This document shows, in pieces, positions 59,315-64,000 of a stretch of 64,000 nt of DNA. The translations under genes were made by a program, and so were the position numbers. Numbering within the stretch: the stretch's first letter is position 1; each line of letters opens with the position of its first letter. The notes beneath the pieces were generated by a model. It was not told the DNA's origin. It did no database searches and was given only the letters and a program-made list of their open reading frames with translations. Source of the DNA: Paraspadella gotoi (taxonomy: Eukaryota; Animalia; Chaetognatha); the NCBI GenBank assembly GCA_051294375.1, contig CM119271.1:2432677-2496676 (forward strand), written 5' to 3'.

Positions 59315-61541
59315 ATGAATGAATTGATCGAGGAGAGAATGAACGCTAACGACTCTCGGTCGTGGAGCCTTTGGCCGCTCCCTTCCAGCTTTGGCGATTA
59401 CGAGGAATACCGTGAATTCCTCCACTCCGCCTACAAACACGAGGGATCCTTCGAAGCGGAGATATTGGCGCTGCTGACTCTCGGCCCCTGCTGCGTCGTC
59501 TTCACTTGGAGCTTCATAATTTGGAACATGGACGGGCTGCACGTTTCTCGGCCGCTCGACCACCGACTTCTGCTCGCCCTCGAGTTTCTTCTCTTACTGA
59601 TGCCCTCGTTGGCGGCGCTGACGTTCGGCTGCGATTTCTTAACTCCGATGTTGGCGTTCGTGGCGTTGGCGACTCTGGGTTTTTTGGTCGTCATCGATCA
59701 GCGGGAAGGAATGATGTCGGCGGAAGGGAAGAGAACCAAGTCATTCTCGAAGAACGTGCAGGAGTTTTACCGGCTGGATTTAGAAGAACAGGTGTGATTT
59801 GTTCTAGTGACAAACATGTAAATCTAGTAATAAATGTTAATGTAAATTAATCTAACCTCCAGAAAATTATCAGGACCCCCACAAAATTAACTCGATCCTC
59901 TCCGGCGCCGCGAGTGAGTTTCGATCCCTGGTCCTCATAGTCACAGTCATCTGCATTCTCGCCGTAGACTTCCCCGCCGTTTTTCCCTCGCGCTTTCATA
60001 AGAGCGACATCTTCGGAAGTTCTATTATGGATCTCGGCGTTGGCGGCTTTATCGTCGCTAACGGGATCGTGGCCAAGGAAGCGAGAACCCCGGATCCCGA
60101 GGGAAAGAGGGCGGCTTCAATCAGGATGAGATTCTGGGTGAGACCAGATTACTAAACCGAAGGAGGTTTGAAGTCGGACGACGGATGGGTATTGGGTAAA
60201 TTGGTTTTAAAATGATAGCGTTTTTAAATTTAAACTTTAGATGCTTAGCTTAATTGTAAATAGAGAATTTCATACATATCCTTATTTTCGTACATTTATT
60301 AACTCATGCTAGCTCGGCTTCGATACGCTAAAGTCTACCCTACGCTCCTCCCTTCTACTTGGCGTGATGGGCGTGGCTCGTGCCGTCGCCGTGCGACTCA
60401 CTGGCTACCACGTCGTCGTCACGGAATACGGCGTCCACTGGAACTTTTTCTTGACGTTGGCCGTCGTGCGTCTCGCCGCTTCTGCCGTATTCACAGTGGT
60501 CCCCCGTCGTCTCGCTTGGGTTCTTGGATTGTCCAATTTGGTCATGTACCAGGTAACCCTTTTTAATTTAATCAGTTGTGATCACAGCTCTTTAAAATCA
60601 ACTTGTTTTCTCTTCCCAGATTTTCCTGACCGTTTTCGGTTGGCAACGCGTCATCCTGCATGGTTGGCAAGCCGTCAATTGGTTTCCCGACGATTGCTCG
60701 TCCGCCGATAATTCTTTGCCAGGCATTGGCGACCCCAAGTGCCAAACCGACCAGCGCGAAGGTTTCATTGAAGCCAACCGGGAGGGCCTCTTTTCTCTCT
60801 GGGGCTTCTTGTCCCTTTACTTTTTTAGCGTGCAGATCGGGCGTGTCTTTTTTCGGTAAGGAGAAATAATAGAAATTTATGTTATTAATTATATGTTAGT
60901 ATTGTAGTACATATGTTGTTAGTCGTTCATTTGTTTTTTTGACGTTAAGCCAAATGAATCTTTTTAGTTATTTCTTCCTTTCCCTTTTTTTTTCAACACT
61001 CTTGCCATCATCTAATCCCAATCTTATTCTTTGTCTCCTCATCGCTTCGTCAGCGAAAAAAGAAAGACCTCGGATTGGCTGGCCGTCGTTGTCTTCGTCG
61101 CCGGCGTCTTTTTCCTCGCGCAGGGATTCGTCTCCCTCGCCAGCCTCTCGCCCTGGGACCATAGTCTGAGACCGTCGCGACGGTTGGCCAACGCCGTTTA
61201 CGTTCTGTGGACGCTGTCCAATTGTTCCTATGCCATCTGCTTAACGTTATTGGGAAAGATGCTTGTTATCTTCATGTCGTTCCAGGTGAGGAATTTTTAA
61301 AGGTTTTGATATAAATTATACTGATGTAATATAGACGCGGTTCTTTCGAATTAACTCTTCTCTCATTTTAAGCCAATTGACTATTTTCGTCTGCTCCGTC
61401 TGGATTGCCTTTCGATTTTTTTGGTTTCTTGAACAGAATTTCTTTTCTGGCTTCTCTCCTGACTTGTCTCCTCTTCTTGGTGATTGTCATTGTTTCTTTC
61501 GACTGCTGTTTTTGTTTATGGGGAAGAAAGGGAACCGAGAA

Positions 61542-61575
<34 letters not shown>

Positions 61576-61837
61576 TCAGCCACGATTTTAAGTTTCCATT
61601 CTCCACGCTCAGCACGGCCTCGTCGTCCGCCCCCTGGAATCCCTCCTCCTCCGCGCCATAAACTTCAATCCGCTCGCCTTTTTCCTTCTGGCAAACCTTT
61701 TGACGGGACTCGTCAACACGGTCCTCCCCACTCTGTTGATGGACGCCACGTCGGCGACGGTGACGCTCTTCGTCTATCTCGCCGTTCTCACTCTCGGCGT
61801 TTATCAACTTTTTCGGAAAAAGATCAAAATCTCATGA
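59315..61837 (+). CDS. PIGW: GPI inositol acyltransferase PIG-W/GWT1
   Basis: CILAVDFPAVFP...MDLGVG, TEYGVHWNFFLTL, ANREGLFS, SRRLANAVY, NPLAFFLLANLLTGLVN; stop TGA at 61835-37. Confidence 0.93.
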
Positions 61838-62153
61838 ACCGATTCTTCTTTTTTTTATATTTGACACGCCCCCATCCCAATTTTAATAATGATTACTTTT
61901 TTCTGCTAGTCTCGTTTTACTCGCTGCTTCACGCTGTCTTTCTTTTATTAATATTATTCAGGACGCGAATCTTAAAATTTATTTTGCGCCAACGTTTGAA
62001 ATAAAACAAAACCCAGTTCCGCTTGTTTATGACAACGACGCCCGCCTTATCCCCACCTTTTCGGGTCTCCGACATTCCGCCCTCGAGCGCCCGCCTCAGC
62101 GCCATGACTCTTCTCGCCACGCCCCCATCTCCCTCCCGCCTTTCCGCGCAGTG

Positions 62154-64000
62154 ATGGGCGATGTCGGCCGCGGGAGTTTCCGCCCCGGTCTCGCGCCGAC
62201 GTCGTCGTCGTCGCCGACCTCGTCGCTTACCTCACTCGCGGCCGGCGTCGGCGGAGGCATCGGCGGATCCCGCCTCGTTCCCCTCGAGACGGAGTTTCCT
62301 CTCGCCGACGAGAAGGTAGAAGGCGAGGAGGAAGAGGAGGAGGAGGAGGATCGGTGGCGCTTTCGCATGATCTCGGACAAGGCGGAGGAAGGGGAAGTTA
62401 TTCAGGTGATGAGCGGAGGATGTTGTCAAGGTTTATTGATATAAAGGAGTTCTAGAATTTACGTTTGTATAGATCAATTAGACTAAACAATAATGAATTT
62501 ATCTTATTACTATTATTTAATAAAATCTCTGAAGTCATAACGTACCCACGATACTTCTTCGCAGGTTCACCCCGCTTACGAATACGTGGACGACCCCAAG
62601 TCCCAATTTCGACTTGCCAGCTATTCCAAACAGACACTCACTTTCTTTAACTTTCATAAGATGAAAACGAAAAACTTTGTTCTGCTTCTCGTGTGTTTCA
62701 CCGTTTCGTCGCTGTTGTTCTGGCTGCTCTCGAACCCCGCTCCCAATTTCAAAACCATCGTCACCGAAACTCATAAACAAATCAACAATCTCAACAGGTG
62801 CGTAAGAACTAGCGCTGAGCTCATTGTTAAGATTAATCCTTTGTTTTTTATAACTGGTTTTGTTTGTCAACCCACAGCAAAATTCAGAAGAATCTGGGCG
62901 CCGACGCCGATACAGAGTTTGAAGTTGACAGGTATACCTGGTTTCGAAGACGATTATTAATATGCAAATTAATCTTCAACGATTAATGATCTCTCCCTCC
63001 CCTCCCCCAGTGCTTATTTGGAATTGTTGGGTTTCGTCCATAAGCCTCGCCTTTACCAACCCGGAGCCAACGACTTACCTCTCAGTCAAGTCGAGGCTCG
63101 ACGACATCACGCCAAAGTTGTCGACCAGGACTCCAATCAGCGCGCGGCGAACAATAGGGTGAGTTGTTTATTTTACTGATAAATGCTCGGTATATCGGGT
63201 TAATTCAGTGGTATTGATTAATGAAATTATGTTAGTTGCCATAATATTTGCCGTTTTGTCTGTCAACTTTTATGAATACTGGGTTGAAATTCTTCAGTCG
63301 ACATCCCAATTAAATTTGATTCTTTGTATCCCCAGAAATATCCAGTCGGGAACGAAGGCTTAGCGAGTAACAAGTCATTTTTGCCCGTCGTCGTCACTGC
63401 CGTTGCTTCCGCTTCAGTATCTCAAGCGATGAATTTCATCAAGGTCAGGAGAATCGTTTTATTAATTAAGAACAATGTTCTATGACCGCAATGAAACAAT
63501 ACGCAAAATCAATCCGCAGTCTATGCAGCGCCACTTTCCCGACAAGACGTTGGTGCTGTACGACTTGGGCCTCTCCTCGCGCGATGTGCTCACCCTCAAG
63601 AAAGCCTGCAACTGCTCCATAAGAGTTTTCGAGTTCGACAAATACCCCACCCACGTCAGCAACCTCAAGCTGAAAGCGTACCGACCGATTATTATTCAGG
63701 TAACTCGCCTAGTGAGATCATTTTGTAGCGCTTGGCGCCTACTATGGTTACAATGGCTTTTAATAAATGCTATTCTTTTTCCGTTCCATTCTTTCCTCTT
63801 CCCAGGAAATGTTGAACGAGTTCACGGCGGTGTTTTGGAGCGATCTCAACAAACAATTCATTACTGGCAACGTGTCTCACTTGGTGGCACGCGCGGAACG
63901 GGAGGGCATCCTGGCCTGGCGTCTAGATTTGCCCATCTCTGCGCTAACCCACCCAAAGATGTTCCCGTTCTTCCAGACGGACCGCAACCAGTTTCTCTTC
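62154..64000 (+). CDS. DUF1647-like type II membrane protein, truncated by the window end (start at ATG 62154 or 62661)
   Basis: Signal anchor MKTKNFVLLLVCFTVSSLLFWLL; VVTAV, LVLYDLGLS, FDKYPTHV, AYRPIIIQEMLNEF, VFWSD. Confidence 0.75.

Overview
Eukaryotic (animal) genomic DNA with spliced genes; a miR-2 pair indicates a protostome. The window has two compartments. (1) 1-20.5 kb is gene-sparse and rich in microsatellites and repeats. It holds the last three exons of a myosuppressin-receptor-like neuropeptide GPCR (+), two miR-2 hairpins (-), several MITE/Helentron-like inverted repeats, a TRIM and two assembly gaps. (2) 20.6-64 kb is extremely gene-dense. Twelve consecutive minus-strand genes (orphan ORF, VCP, WDR82, two YTHDC2 paralogs, RPS15A, a 4-HMG-box protein, UMPS, PSME3IP1/FAM192A, CCT7, PGAM5, cofilin) and three plus-strand genes (C2H2 zinc-finger, PIGW, DUF1647) diverge from one motif-rich putative bidirectional promoter at about 56.2 kb. 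The most interesting signals are: (a) operon-like organisation, with splice acceptors just upstream of most start codons (possible SL trans-splicing); (b) a tandem YTHDC2 duplication in which one copy has intact helicase motifs but no YTH domain and the other keeps a YTH domain but has degenerate helicase motifs; (c) two related TRIM retroelements with 4-bp TSDs, TG...TA ends, a tRNA-like Pol III promoter in the LTR of one, a bipartite tRNA-Trp primer-binding site and covarying LTR stem-loops. All gene models were built by eye, so exon boundaries need RNA-seq confirmation.
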